Source of the DNA: an uncultured bacterium
Lineage (GTDB): Bacteria > Oederibacteriota > Muellerivitia > Muellerivitales > Muellerivitaceae
Length of the DNA: 64,000 nucleotides
Reading direction: 5' to 3'
Assembly (NCBI GenBank): GCA_964392085.1
Contig: CAYMOV010000005.1
Span: forward strand, 5,343-69,342
Of the stretch, positions 17,835-27,700 are shown in pieces; within the stretch, counting starts at the first letter, position 1; every line of letters starts with the position of its first letter. The position numbers were made by a program, and so were the translations under genes. The notes beneath the pieces were generated by a model, which had not been told where the DNA came from, did not search any database, and saw only the letters and a list, made by a program, of their open reading frames with translations.

Positions 17835-19160
17835 TCAGCGGGCTTCGGCTTGCCCATCCGGATAGAAGAGTTTGTAGCTCCCGTCGCCCAGCAGCACCAT
17901 GACCTCGGTGATCCGGCCGTTGGCGTTCTCGGTGAACCGCGCGTCCGTGGCGCCGGACACCAGGAAGACCGGCGCGAAGGCCGGGGTGGCGCTCATGTCG
18001 TAGAGGAAGGCGTCGTTGGAGGCGCCGTAGATCTTGATGGCCCGGGTATTGTCGTGGCTCCAGAAAACCGTCCCGGAAGCCGAGCCCGAGGGGGCGGGGG
18101 CCGTCGCGGAATCCGGCTGGGTCACCGGATCAGCCGCGTCGCTGGCCGGGTAGTATTCCTTGTCCCGGTAGACATACACCACGTCCACCCGGGAGGGATC
18201 CTGCCACCACCAGTAGCCGTCGTTCCAGTAGCACCAACGGTCGAAGCTGTCGTCGTACCACCAATACCGGTCGCCGTAATAGCGGGTCCAGAAGCATTGG
18301 TCCCCGAGGTACCAGCCGTACCAGTTGTAACCCCACGGGTCGTTATAGTGGCAAAACCGGTTGCCGCCGTAATCGTGCCAGTAGTAGCGCCCCCGGACGT
18401 TTTCATCCCGGTTGTACCTTCCCACCTGGCCCAAGACCAAGCGGTTGTTCATGTAGACGTTCATGGACTTGGCGGCCGGCGGTCCGCCGGCGACGCGGGA
18501 CATCAGCGCCCTTCCGTCGGGTCCCCGTTGGGGCACCGCGACCCTCGATTCGGCCCGGGGGGTGCTCAACAGGTGGTCGCGCTCCCGGATCGGCGAGGGC
18601 CTTGGAACGCCCTGCAGGTGCGCCCGGTTCTGTTGATAGGTCCCAGGGTGGACGCCCGCCGGACGGCGGTATGAGTTGTCCCGTACCTGGTTCGACCGGT
18701 TTCCGGTCCTCGCGTCGTTCCCCAAACGAACCCGTGGGTTTTCCACGGGACGGGATTGCTGTCCGTTGTTCCCGGGACGGGCCTGCTGCCCGTTGGCCGC
18801 CGGGCGGACCCTTTGTCCCTGGACCCCGGCGTTTTGGCCGCCATTCGGGGCGACCCGGCCGATCAGGCCCGCGGGTTGTTCGCGTTGGGGCGCGGCCCTT
18901 TCCGTCCGCGATTGGGCGGCTCGGTGGGCCCGGACGGGCTGGTCCCCGGAAACCGTCCTGTCCACCCGGGTGTCGTCCCGGGTGGTCGACACGGTGTCGC
19001 GCGCCGGGGCATCCCCACGGTCATCGCTAGCCGAAGCCCGGTCGGGTCGGTCCACCCGGTCCGGACGGCTGTCTCCCGGGTCGTCCCGCCTGGCCAAAGC
19101 CGGAAGCGCGAGGGCAAACGCGAAAAAGGTGATGGCAAACAATTTGAGGTTCTGATTCAT
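17835..19160 (-). CDS. Secreted protein: disordered R/D/Q-rich N-half plus Trp/Tyr-rich region
   Basis: Signal peptide (LALPALA), YYWH..WYGWY..YWWY..WCYW..YWWW; GGAG RBS. Confidence 0.8.
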   Translation of the reverse strand: MNQNLKLFAITFFAFALALPALARRDDPGDSRPDRVDRPDRASASDDRGDAPARDTVSTTRDDTRVDRTVSGDQPVRAHRAAQSRTERAAPQREQPAGLIGRVAPNGGQNAGVQGQRVRPAANGQQARPGNNGQQSRPVENPRVRLGNDARTGNRSNQVRDNSYRRPAGVHPGTYQQNRAHLQGVPRPSPIRERDHLLSTPRAESRVAVPQRGPDGRALMSRVAGGPPAAKSMNVYMNNRLVLGQVGRYNRDENVRGRYYWHDYGGNRFCHYNDPWGYNWYGWYLGDQCFWTRYYGDRYWWYDDSFDRWCYWNDGYWWWQDPSRVDVVYVYRDKEYYPASDAADPVTQPDSATAPAPSGSASGTVFWSHDNTRAIKIYGASNDAFLYDMSATPAFAPVFLVSGATDARFTENANGRITEVMVLLGDGSYKLFYPDGQAEAR

Positions 19161-19356
19161 GTCTATTCTCCCGATCCAATGGACTGCCTATAAGTTTAGA
19201 CGACAGGAAGCGCCTACGGTTCCAGTAAAAACGACTGAATAACCCCGCGCTTCCCTCCCCACGGTGATTTGACGAGGGCAAAGGACGGCGGGTGTCGCCC
19301 GGGAATGGCGCTAAAAACCGGTTATACCAACCACAAAGGGGGTTTTCATCCTCCGG

Positions 19357-19629
19357 CTAATGGCCCGACCCTGGGCTGAAAACGGGCGGGCGCGCTGGGG
19401 TCGAGACCGGGAAGACCGTATGGGGTTCGAAATGGAGATCCGATAACCGAACGACCAACCGGTAATCCCCCGGATGGGCCAGGTCCTCCACGAAGGCCCT
19501 GCGCCAAAGGTCGATGTCCAGGACCCGCACCTTCATCCCGCGAAACAAGGCCGTTTGCCCGACGAACCAGCGGCGCAATTCCTCCCGTCGAACCTGCGGG
19601 AGGGGTTCTTGGATATCCGGTTGGGCCAT
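19357..19629 (-). CDS. Small hypothetical protein, paralog of 40211-40429
   Basis: MAQPDI start with GAGGTG RBS; shares DxWxRA and VRLSDLxF with the paralog. Confidence 0.65.
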   Translation of the reverse strand: MAQPDIQEPLPQVRREELRRWFVGQTALFRGMKVRVLDIDLWRRAFVEDLAHPGDYRLVVRLSDLHFEPHTVFPVSTPARPPVFSPGSGH

Positions 19630-19707
19630 GGGAGACACCTCAGGCCGCCCATTCTACTCCCGGCCACGGCCTGACAAAAGATGGTTCTAGAAGGCCTTTT
19701 GTCGGGT

Positions 19708-22700
19708 TTATCGGAGCAGGACCAAAGGCAGGACATACCGGCGGACTGGAGTCGTCAACACCAGGTAATACAGGCCGTCCGAGAGCGGCGCGCCCCGCCG
19801 GTCCCGGGGATCCAAGGGGACGGACCATTCCCCCGCCTTGATATTCGTAAAGGACCACTCCGCGATTTTCCGGTAGGCCGTCGTGAAGACCGCGACGCGC
19901 ACCCAAGCCTGGGGACTTTCCCAGTTGGCCGAAAGGGTCAGGGGTCCCGTTCCCCGCCAGGGGTTTGGAAAGAGGACCGGGGGCTCCGGACCCACGCCCG
20001 CCGTCCCGGTCGGGGTCGGCGACGGGGACCCGGTCCAGGTCGGAGTGGCCGTCACGGAAGCCGTCGGCGTGCCCATAGGACTCGGTGACGGGGACGCAGT
20101 CTCGGTCGCGCTCGGTGTAACGGTCCAGGTGGACGACGGTGTTTCCGTCCACGAGGCCGTCGGGGTGGCGGTCCGGGTCGGCGGGGGCGGCGTTGCCGAA
20201 GGCGTAGGGCTTGAGGTGAGGGACGCCGTCCCGGTTGGAGAAGGCGTTGAAGTGTCGACCGGGGGCGCCGTCGGGCTAGGCGTCAACGTTGACGAATGGG
20301 TTGGGGTTGTTGTTGTAGTCGGCGTCCCACTCGCCGTCCCAGTCGGCGTTAAGGAAGCTGTCCCGCTCGCCGTGGGGCTTGGGGACGGGGACGCAGTCTC
20401 GGTCGCGCTTGGAGTCCGGGAGGGCGACGCCGTCGGCGTCCCGCTTGGGCTCGGGGAGGCGGTTGAACTGGCGGTCGCTGAAGCCGTGGGCGTAGCCGAC
20501 GGGGTCGGCGTAGTCGAATCCGTCGAGGTGCGGGTCGGCGAGGCGGTGGCGGTACTGGTCGCCGTCGCCGAAGCCGTGGCCGTCCGGGTCGGGGTCGCCG
20601 TAAACGTCGCGGATGGTGTCGGGGTGGCCGTGAGGGTCGAGGAATAGGTGGCCGTGAAGGTGGCTGTCCCAGTCGGCGTTGATGAAGCTGTCCCGCTCGC
20701 CGTGGGGCTCGGGGACGGTGACGGAGTCACGGTCGCACTTGGAGTCTGGGAGGGCGACGCCGTCGGCGTCCCGCTTGGGGTGGAGGTCCTGGTCGCCGAG
20801 GCCGTGGCCGTCCAGGTTCGGGTCGCCGTCAACGTCGCCGAGGAGGTCGGGGTGGCGGTGGGAGTCGAGGAAAAGGTAGCCGTGAAAGTACCCGTCCCAG
20901 TCGGCGTTAACGAAGCCGTCCCACTCGCCGTGGGGCTCGGGGACGGTGACGGAGTCACGGTCGCGCTTGGAGTCCGGGAGGGCGACGCCGTCGGCGTCCC
21001 GCTTGGGGTCGGGGACCGGGTGGACGTCGCCGTGGCCGTCAAGGTAGCCGTGGAGGTTCTGGTCGGGGTGGCGGTGGGCGTAGACGTCCAGGTCGGCGTG
21101 GCCCCCCCGATCAAGCCGTACACCACCAGCTGGCCGGCGGCCGGGACATAGACCTTCCCGTTGACGATGCTGGGCGGCGTGAACTTCACGTTGGCCGCCA
21201 CGGCGCTGTCCCGGGCCGCGTTTTGGGAGCTGTTGTAGAGCTCGGTGGCCAGGTTCGTGGCGTCGTAGGCGTGCAGGACCGCGGGGGTGCCGGGTTGGAT
21301 CGCCCAAACGATGCCGTTCGTCGTTCCGTTGGAGGACACGCTGGGAACGCAACCCGGGTAGGCGTAGGTGGCCGAGGTCTGGGAGGAGGCCGTGGTGTTG
21401 TAAAGGCCGTTCGCCAGGCTGAAGGCCCGGAGCACCTGCCCCGACATGCCCCAATAGACGAAGCCGTTGAAGATCGCGGGGTTGGTGAATCCCGCGTTGG
21501 TGGCGGCCGTCCCGACGTGGAATTCCTGGACGTCGTTGTCCGTCGCGGCGTTGTAATGTCCCATGTTGTCCCGGTCCACCAGGTACACCTCCCCCGTCTT
21601 GGCGCCTCCTGTCATGAGGTGGGGATGGGCCGCGCTGCCGTAGGAATCCGGCAAAAGCACGCCTCCGGTGGAGCCCAAGTCCTGGTCGGTGTTGCTGAGG
21701 GTGCCCTGGTTCGAGGGCGTGAAGTAGTCCGCCGGGGTGAGGGCCGTGACCCCGGCCGTCAGTTTGAGGAAGCTGTCGCCGTAGTCCCGCCCCCCCGTGT
21801 TGGCGTCGAAAGTGCCGTTCGCGGTGAGGACAAACAGGTTTCCTGAGGCATCCACCATCGGGGCCCCGCCGCTGTTCCAGAGGGACGCCTCGCTCCCGTC
21901 GGGCGCCACGTTGTAGACGATGGTCTGTTGGCTGATGTCCGAGGCGTTGTAGCCGATGATCCAGCCCTGGTAGGTGCCCCAGTTGTTCAGGTCACAGTGG
22001 GAGGTCCAGGAGGTGTAGATCACCCCGTTGGACTCGACCAATCCGCATCGTTCCTTGTAGGCCCGTGCATTGAAGGTATCCGTCGTCCCTCCCTGGCCCG
22101 TCCCCGGCACGCTGGCCTGGACCGTGGTGGGGCCGTTCGCCGCCTCGGCCCCGGAGGAGAGGTCGAGCGCGTGCAGGACCTGGTAGAACTGCGTCACGGG
22201 GCCCGCGGTCACCTGCTTGATCATCCCCACCAGGTAGATCTTCCCCTTCGCCGGGTCGATATAAGGCGTGTCGGTGATGCCGATCTCCGGGGTGATCTGG
22301 GTGCAATTCGCCACGTCGGCCAGGGCCACCGTGGTGACCCCGGCGGCCGCGTTCAGGAAACTGACCTGCCAAAGCGGCGCTTGGGGGGAATCGGCGTCGA
22401 AGGCGTAGACGCTGTCGTGCTCCGTGCAGACATAGACCACGTTGTGGTTGCCCTTGCCCAAAATCGCCTGGTTGGGGACGTAAAGGGGTTGGCCGTAAAT
22501 CTGGCCGTCGACCGCGTCGGAATACAGCTTGCCGAAGGTCGCTTGGTTGACGACCGACGTCGAGAGGATCGTCTCGTTGGGGTTGAGTCCCGTGCGGGAA
22601 TCGTCGTTATGGTAGGACAATAGGGGGGTCTGGCCCCAGGCGGCGCCCACGAGGGTGACCGAGAGGGCGAGGATCAAGTTGTGGGCAAGCCGCGCAGGAC

Positions 22701-22716
22701 GGAATAAGGGCGCCAA
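19708..22716 (-). CDS. Secreted PQQ-like beta-propeller protein with very long Thr/Pro/Ser stalk and PNP-type C-terminal domain
   Basis: Signal peptide; YHNDDSRTGLNPNET..FGKL..VDGQIYGQPLYV family start; KFTPPSIVNGKVYV; PVLFPNP..DGLYYL. Confidence 0.82.
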   Translation of the reverse strand: MAPLFRPARLAHNLILALSVTLVGAAWGQTPLLSYHNDDSRTGLNPNETILSTSVVNQATFGKLYSDAVDGQIYGQPLYVPNQAILGKGNHNVVYVCTEHDSVYAFDADSPQAPLWQVSFLNAAAGVTTVALADVANCTQITPEIGITDTPYIDPAKGKIYLVGMIKQVTAGPVTQFYQVLHALDLSSGAEAANGPTTVQASVPGTGQGGTTDTFNARAYKERCGLVESNGVIYTSWTSHCDLNNWGTYQGWIIGYNASDISQQTIVYNVAPDGSEASLWNSGGAPMVDASGNLFVLTANGTFDANTGGRDYGDSFLKLTAGVTALTPADYFTPSNQGTLSNTDQDLGSTGGVLLPDSYGSAAHPHLMTGGAKTGEVYLVDRDNMGHYNAATDNDVQEFHVGTAATNAGFTNPAIFNGFVYWGMSGQVLRAFSLANGLYNTTASSQTSATYAYPGCVPSVSSNGTTNGIVWAIQPGTPAVLHAYDATNLATELYNSSQNAARDSAVAANVKFTPPSIVNGKVYVPAAGQLVVYGLIGGATPTWTSTPTATPTRTSTATLTATATSTRSPTPSGTPTASPSRTPSATVTPSPSPSPTASGTASLTPTGTGTFTATFSSTPTATPTSSATLTATRTWTATASATRTSTPSGTPTASPSQTPSATVTPSPSPSPTASGTASSTPTGTATFTATYSSTLTATPTPSATFTATPTRTATASATATSTATASPTRTSTDSTTPTPSATPTASATASSTASPSPSGTPTASPSRTPSATETASPSPSPTASGTASLTPTGTASGTPTTTTTPTHSSTLTPSPTAPPVDTSTPSPTGTASLTSSPTPSATPPPPTRTATPTASWTETPSSTWTVTPSATETASPSPSPMGTPTASVTATPTWTGSPSPTPTGTAGVGPEPPVLFPNPWRGTGPLTLSANWESPQAWVRVAVFTTAYRKIAEWSFTNIKAGEWSVPLDPRDRRGAPLSDGLYYLVLTTPVRRYVLPLVLLR

Positions 22717-22985
22717 GGTTCCCTCGGACGGGATCCGCGAGGCGACCCCGTTTCATTGGATTGGAGAAGGGCGAATTGTACCGCAGGCCTGTTCAAATAG
22801 ATGGAAGGGGGCGAAAAGACGGGTTGGTGGGGGAAAACGCTCAACCCGGCGTTAACCTCAGGGGACCGACCATTTTTTGAGGTTGAATCCAAGGAATGAA
22901 CTGGGTCAGGCGGGGACCCATCGGTTTAAGGACGGGATTCCTGCCCTTGGGGCGACCCCGATCAAGCCGAACCGGGAGGTTCGAG

Positions 22986-23747
22986 CTATCCGCTTACCGG
23001 GCCGAACTGGGTGGAGACGTCCCCGGGGAAAATCGCGGGTCCGATGTGGGTCAAGCGGCTCTGGAGGTCCAACCAGATCTCGCCGCCCTTGTCCGTCCAG
23101 CGTTGGCAAAAGCTGAAATCCTCGCTGAGGTAGGTGTTCGTGGCCTGGTCCAGGATGCAGTTGAACAGGGCGTACCGCCAGGGGCTGTCGCGGAGGGAAT
23201 CCTGGTTCTGGTGGTGGCGCCCGTACTTGAGTTCCGGGTACCAGTCGACCATTTTCTCCAGGGCCCGGCGCTTCAGGAGCATGAACCCCGTACCGGCGTA
23301 GCGCACCTTCGCGAAACCGCCCTTCGACTCGATCCGAGCCGGGTTCTCAAACTCCATGACATAGGAAAGCGACGCGGATTCCAGGGAGCCCCGGCCCTCC
23401 TTCACGAGGGCCTCCACCTTCGGCCAATCGTATTTCTTGGCGGGATAAACCCCCGCTGAGAAGTCGGCCGCGAAGTCCAGGAGCCGGAAGGCCTGCTCGG
23501 GCTCAAACGCGATGTCGGCGTCCACGAACAACAGGTGGGTCGCGGAAGGGGTCCCGAGGAATCGCGCCGTCAGGTCCTGGCGGGCGCGGGTGATGAGGGC
23601 GTCCCCCCAGGACATCCAAATCGTGATCTCGATGCCCCGGGCCGTGCAGGCGGCCTGAAGTTTCAGGAGCGACGCCGCGTAGCTGCTCATGACTTGGCCG
23701 CCGTAACAGGGCGTGGCCACCACGAGGTGCATCTTTGGTTCGGACAT
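22986..23747 (-). CDS. Glycosyltransferase-like (GT-A fold) protein
   Basis: ATPCYGG, LITRAR, THLLFVDADI (DxD), GTGFML, YLSEDFSFCQRW. Confidence 0.7.
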   Translation of the reverse strand: MSEPKMHLVVATPCYGGQVMSSYAASLLKLQAACTARGIEITIWMSWGDALITRARQDLTARFLGTPSATHLLFVDADIAFEPEQAFRLLDFAADFSAGVYPAKKYDWPKVEALVKEGRGSLESASLSYVMEFENPARIESKGGFAKVRYAGTGFMLLKRRALEKMVDWYPELKYGRHHQNQDSLRDSPWRYALFNCILDQATNTYLSEDFSFCQRWTDKGGEIWLDLQSRLTHIGPAIFPGDVSTQFGPVSG

Positions 23748-23851
23748 GCGGCCCTCCCGGTCGCAAAACATCAATTCACCGCTCCTCGCGCTCACATCAA
23801 CCCTTCATGAACGCGGGTCAGTCCCTGTGGTGATTTGTGGTTGTTGTTAGT

Positions 23852-25576
23852 TTAAAACCATTTTCCGAGCCACTTCTTGATCTGGGATTCCTTGTCCTGG
23901 CCCCCGGCGTTCCCGCGGTTGTCCGGCCGGCGGTTGCGGTCGTTGGGGAACCGGTTGCCCCGGTTGTCGTCGCGCGAGGAGGAGTTCCCGCCCCGACCGG
24001 CGCCCGGTCCCCTGCGGTTCGCGTCCTGGCCCGGGCGGTTTCGGTCACCGCCTTGTCCCGGGCGGTGTCCCGGGTTAGTCCCGGACGGCCTGCCGGAGTG
24101 GGGAGGGGCGTTGCGGTCGCGGCCGCGGAAAGGTCCCTGGTTCTGTCGGTGGGTCTCAAAACCCGCACGGTTCCCGTCCACCTCGTGGGGAGCGGCGCCG
24201 GCCGGAGCGCTGGAACCCGGCCGGGGGTTGCGGTCCCGGCCCTGGTTCGAACCCTGCCGGTGTCCTTGCGGTTGTCCCTGGTGCGGTTGGGAAGGACGCC
24301 CTTGGGGCCTGCCCTGGGACTGGCCTTCCGGACGCGAGGGACCCCTTGACGAATTCTGGGAACGTCCTTGGGGACGTTGTCCCTGGGAGTGGCGCTGGTT
24401 CGGCTGGGAGGAACCCGGCCGGAAGGCCGGCTGGGGATTGATCGCGGCGGCGTGGTCCGTGAAATGGGAGGGCAGGTTGGTGATGGCCACGCGGCCTTCG
24501 CCCAGTTCCTTCAGGATGTCCTTCCATTGACCGGCGTCCTCGGGCGTCAGGAAGGTCAGGGAATCCCCCTCGGCCCCCGCGCGCGCCGTCCGGCCGATCC
24601 GGTGCAGGTAGTCCTCGGGGTTCTGGGGCAGGTCGAAGTTGATGACGTGGGCGATGTGCTGGATGTCGAGCCCGCGGGCCGCGATGTCGGTGGCCACGAG
24701 GATGCGGCTCGACCCGTTCTTGAACTGCTCCAACGCCATGCGGCGCTGGCCCTGGGTGCGGCCGCCGTGGATTCGGACGGCCGACAGCCCCTTGTCCTTC
24801 AGCTTCTGGAGGGTGCGGTCCACGCGGTGTTGGGTGCGGGCGAAGAGCAGGACGGACCCCTCACGGGCCTGGAGCTCGGCGATCAGGTCGTCGAACTTGC
24901 GGCCCTGGCTGGTGTTCATGACCTTCTGGCGGATCTTCTCCACGGCCCGGGACTCGCCGCCCACGGCCACCCGCACCGGCGAGCGCAGGTACTGGTGGGC
25001 CAAGGACTGGATGTCCGGCGGGATCGTGGCGGAGAACATCAAGGTCTGGCGGTCATGGGGCAGTTTGACGCGGATCTTGTTGAGCTGGGGCGCGAAGCCC
25101 ATGTCCAGCATCCGGTCCGCCTCATCCAGCACCAGGAAACCGGTGCGGGACAGGTCCAGGGTGCGGCGTTCCATGTGGTCGATGATCCGGCCGGGCGTCC
25201 CGATGATGAGCCGGGTACCGCGCTTGAGGGCGTCCACCTGGGCGCCCATTCCCATGCCGCCGATCAGGAGGGCGGAATTCAGGTCGCCCCGGTTGCCGGC
25301 CAATTGGCGGAGCACTTCGCGCACCTGGTCCGCCAGTTCGCGGGTGGGAGTGAGGATGAGGGCCGTCTGGCCCGGGTGGGCGGCGAGGTAGCTCAACAGG
25401 GGGATGCCGAAGGCGGCGGTCTTGCCCGAGCCGGTTTCGGCGGAGGCCACGACGTCCTTGCCCTCGAGGCCGGGGGGGATGGACTGGGCCTGGATGGGGG
25501 TAGGTTTCTCAAACTTCATCTTCACCAGCGACTCGTGCAAAAAGGCGGGTAACGCCAACTCCTGGAAGCTTTCCAT
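23852..25576 (-). CDS. DEAD-box RNA helicase with long disordered R/G/Q-rich C-tail
   Basis: AETGSGKT, PTRELA, DEAD, SAT, ARGLD, HRIGRTARAG. Confidence 0.95.
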   Translation of the reverse strand: MESFQELALPAFLHESLVKMKFEKPTPIQAQSIPPGLEGKDVVASAETGSGKTAAFGIPLLSYLAAHPGQTALILTPTRELADQVREVLRQLAGNRGDLNSALLIGGMGMGAQVDALKRGTRLIIGTPGRIIDHMERRTLDLSRTGFLVLDEADRMLDMGFAPQLNKIRVKLPHDRQTLMFSATIPPDIQSLAHQYLRSPVRVAVGGESRAVEKIRQKVMNTSQGRKFDDLIAELQAREGSVLLFARTQHRVDRTLQKLKDKGLSAVRIHGGRTQGQRRMALEQFKNGSSRILVATDIAARGLDIQHIAHVINFDLPQNPEDYLHRIGRTARAGAEGDSLTFLTPEDAGQWKDILKELGEGRVAITNLPSHFTDHAAAINPQPAFRPGSSQPNQRHSQGQRPQGRSQNSSRGPSRPEGQSQGRPQGRPSQPHQGQPQGHRQGSNQGRDRNPRPGSSAPAGAAPHEVDGNRAGFETHRQNQGPFRGRDRNAPPHSGRPSGTNPGHRPGQGGDRNRPGQDANRRGPGAGRGGNSSSRDDNRGNRFPNDRNRRPDNRGNAGGQDKESQIKKWLGKWF

Positions 25577-25737
25577 TCTTATCCTTAGGTGGGTTTATGG
25601 GCCTGCGGTAGGCGCCCACTTTACGCTATTAGGGGCCTTTTGGGGGGGTCTTCGTGGAAACGGGCTTCCCCTTTGGCCTTCCCGCCCATCCGGGAAGCCG
25701 GCGCGCTCCGACAAACCCCGGGAGGGCTGGACTTTAC

Positions 25738-25761
25738 ATTAGTAATATCTTATATACTAAT
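25738..25761. promoter_or_regulatory. Putative operator palindrome between divergent helicase and rhodanese genes
   Basis: ATTAGTA-N10-TACTAAT in an AT-rich patch. Confidence 0.45.
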
Positions 25762-25807
25762 ACACGAAACAGCCGGGCCTTCCGGCCGTACCTAACAGGA
25801 GTCTCCC

Positions 25808-26191
25808 ATGAACAGCTGGATGATTGGGGCGGTTGTCGCGGTGGTGGTGTTCTTCTTCCTCAAGCCCTCGGTGCCGTCGGCGGCGCGGTTGTCCCCCACG
25901 AGGGTGCGGGAGGACATGAGGAGCGGGAAGGACCTCCAACTCATCGATGTCCGGACGCCGGAGGAGTTCCGCTCCGGCCACCTGCCCGGCGCCCGCAACC
26001 TGCCCCTCGACGGCCTCGACGCCGGCGCCAAGACCCTGGACCCGAACAGGCCGCTGATCGCCTATTGCCGCGGCGGCCACCGCAGTTCCATGGCCCTGAA
26101 GATTTTGGCCGCCAAGGGCTTCACCCAGGCCAAGCACATGGAGGGCGGGATCTCCGCCTGGTCCGCCGCCGGCTTCCCGGTCATCCGGTAA
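25808..26191 (+). CDS. Membrane-anchored rhodanese-like protein
   Basis: N-terminal TM, IDVRTPEEF..GHLPGA, YCRGGHRS active loop. Confidence 0.9.
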   Translation: MNSWMIGAVVAVVVFFFLKPSVPSAARLSPTRVREDMRSGKDLQLIDVRTPEEFRSGHLPGARNLPLDGLDAGAKTLDPNRPLIAYCRGGHRSSMALKILAAKGFTQAKHMEGGISAWSAAGFPVIR

Positions 26192-26207
26192 CGGCAACCG
26201 CTTATAT

Positions 26208-26320
26208 CACCACAGGGACACGGAGACACAAGAGTAAGCCCTCCAAAACGCAAATCATTTACCCTTTTAAAAAAAGGAAGTGCGTCCTTCGCTTTATTGT
26301 GCCCCTGTGTCTCTGTGGTG
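26208..26320. repeat. CACCACAG-type inverted-repeat element (MITE-like)
   Basis: CACCACAGGGACACGGAGACACAA pairs with TTGTGCCCCTGTGTCTCTGTGGTG. Confidence 0.7.
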
Positions 26321-26339
26321 AATCATCGTGGTTGTGGCC

Positions 26340-27239
26340 TTACGCCTTGGCGAAGGCAGGCGCCATGCCCCGCACAAACTCCTCCACCGAAGTCTTGCCC
26401 CGGTGGGTCCCCTCCAGTTTCTGCGTGGGTTCCACCCGCCCCTCGTTGAAGGCGCGGTTCATCTGGATCATCAATTCCGCCATATCCGGCTTCATGCCGC
26501 TCCCCACCATCCCCTGCTTGGCGTCCTCATAGGGGAACTGCACGTAGGGCAGGCCGAACTTGCCGATGACCGCGCCGATGAGCGAGGCCACCTCGGCCAG
26601 GGTCACGTCGCGCGGCCCGGCGAACTCGAACGGCACGTTTCCCTTGAACGACAGCTTGTCCAGGAAATCGGCGGCCGCGGCCCCGATGTCCCCCGTGGCC
26701 ACCATGCCGATGCGTAGGTCGGGGCGGATCGGCGTCCCCAAAACCCCCATGCCTTGGATCACCGGGATGGACCAAAGAAGGTTCTCCATGAAATACCCCG
26801 GCCGCAGTTGCAGGACGTTCAAGCCCGGGATCGAAGCCAGGCGTTCCTCCTGCCGGTGCAGGTTCACGATGGGCCCCGTCCCCTCGGTCCGGTCCGCCCC
26901 GATGGAACTTAGGTGCACGACGTACTTCACGCCGGAGTCTTTCACGGCCTTCGCGATGGCCTCCCCGGTTCGGTTCTGGTAGGCGGAGAAATCGGCCTCG
27001 TCGTAGGCGGGCGGGATCATGACGAACACCCCGTCCGTTCCCCGGAAGGCCGCCGTCAGGGCGGACGCGTCGTCGAACGCGAGGGGATGGGGCTCGGCGC
27101 CCTTGAGCCTGAGGGCCTCCATCTTGACCAGCGTGCGGCCCAGGGCGCGGACCCCGTGGCCCTTCTTCAGCAGTTCCTCGGTCAGGACCTGGCCGATATG
27201 GCCCGTGGCCCCCATGACGGCGTAAGTGCGGTTCGGCAT
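26340..27239 (-). CDS. NmrA-family NAD(P)-binding protein
   Basis: GATGHIG Rossmann motif, LSSIGA, LRPGYFMEN. Confidence 0.9.
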   Translation of the reverse strand: MPNRTYAVMGATGHIGQVLTEELLKKGHGVRALGRTLVKMEALRLKGAEPHPLAFDDASALTAAFRGTDGVFVMIPPAYDEADFSAYQNRTGEAIAKAVKDSGVKYVVHLSSIGADRTEGTGPIVNLHRQEERLASIPGLNVLQLRPGYFMENLLWSIPVIQGMGVLGTPIRPDLRIGMVATGDIGAAAADFLDKLSFKGNVPFEFAGPRDVTLAEVASLIGAVIGKFGLPYVQFPYEDAKQGMVGSGMKPDMAELMIQMNRAFNEGRVEPTQKLEGTHRGKTSVEEFVRGMAPAFAKA

Positions 27240-27390
27240 GCTCGTTCCCCCTGGGTGGTTTGGATGGTTGGGGTAATTTGGCCTTTTCCCGCCTGGGTTT
27301 CAAGGGGTCCCATGAAACCAATCGATGTGACGCCACGCAGGCTTTCCAGGCAAACAGGCAACCAAAAACGGAAAACATCAAAAGTTATGG

Positions 27391-27610
27391 AGCCACCGAT
27401 GAACACGGATGAACGCCGATAATGCCATAACATCTGAATGAGAGGGAACCACAGATTCACACGGATGCACACCGATTTGGCGAAGGCTCATGGGATGGGA
27501 TCGAACGTCGCTCCCGTCAAATAAAAGAAACACTCACCAGAACTATTTCGCTTAGTTTCACAGTCAAATCATAAAGTTGTATCTGTGTGAATCCGTGTGC
27601 ATCTGTGGTT
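27391..27610. repeat. AACCACAGAT-type inverted-repeat element plus orphan half
   Basis: AACCACAGATTCACACGGATGCACACCGAT (27447-27476) pairs with 27581-27610; extra half at 27391-27420. Confidence 0.7.
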
Positions 27611-27636
27611 GCAATCGTTTGGCGGTTTCAGGTCGT

Positions 27637-27670
27637 AAAAAAAAAGCGGGCCGTTGGGCCCGCCTTTTTT
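27637..27670. terminator. Intrinsic terminator
   Basis: A-run, GCGGGCC/GGCCCGC stem, T-run. Confidence 0.8.
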
Positions 27671-27700
27671 CGCCAAACCGACAACAGGGTGAGGGTTTCG

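Noticed and set aside
20010-21110. Repeats as a possible CRISPR array
   Set aside because: In-frame coding repeats without a constant repeat-spacer period; no cas genes
22730-22985. Hairpins as a possible riboswitch
   Set aside because: No recognisable riboswitch consensus
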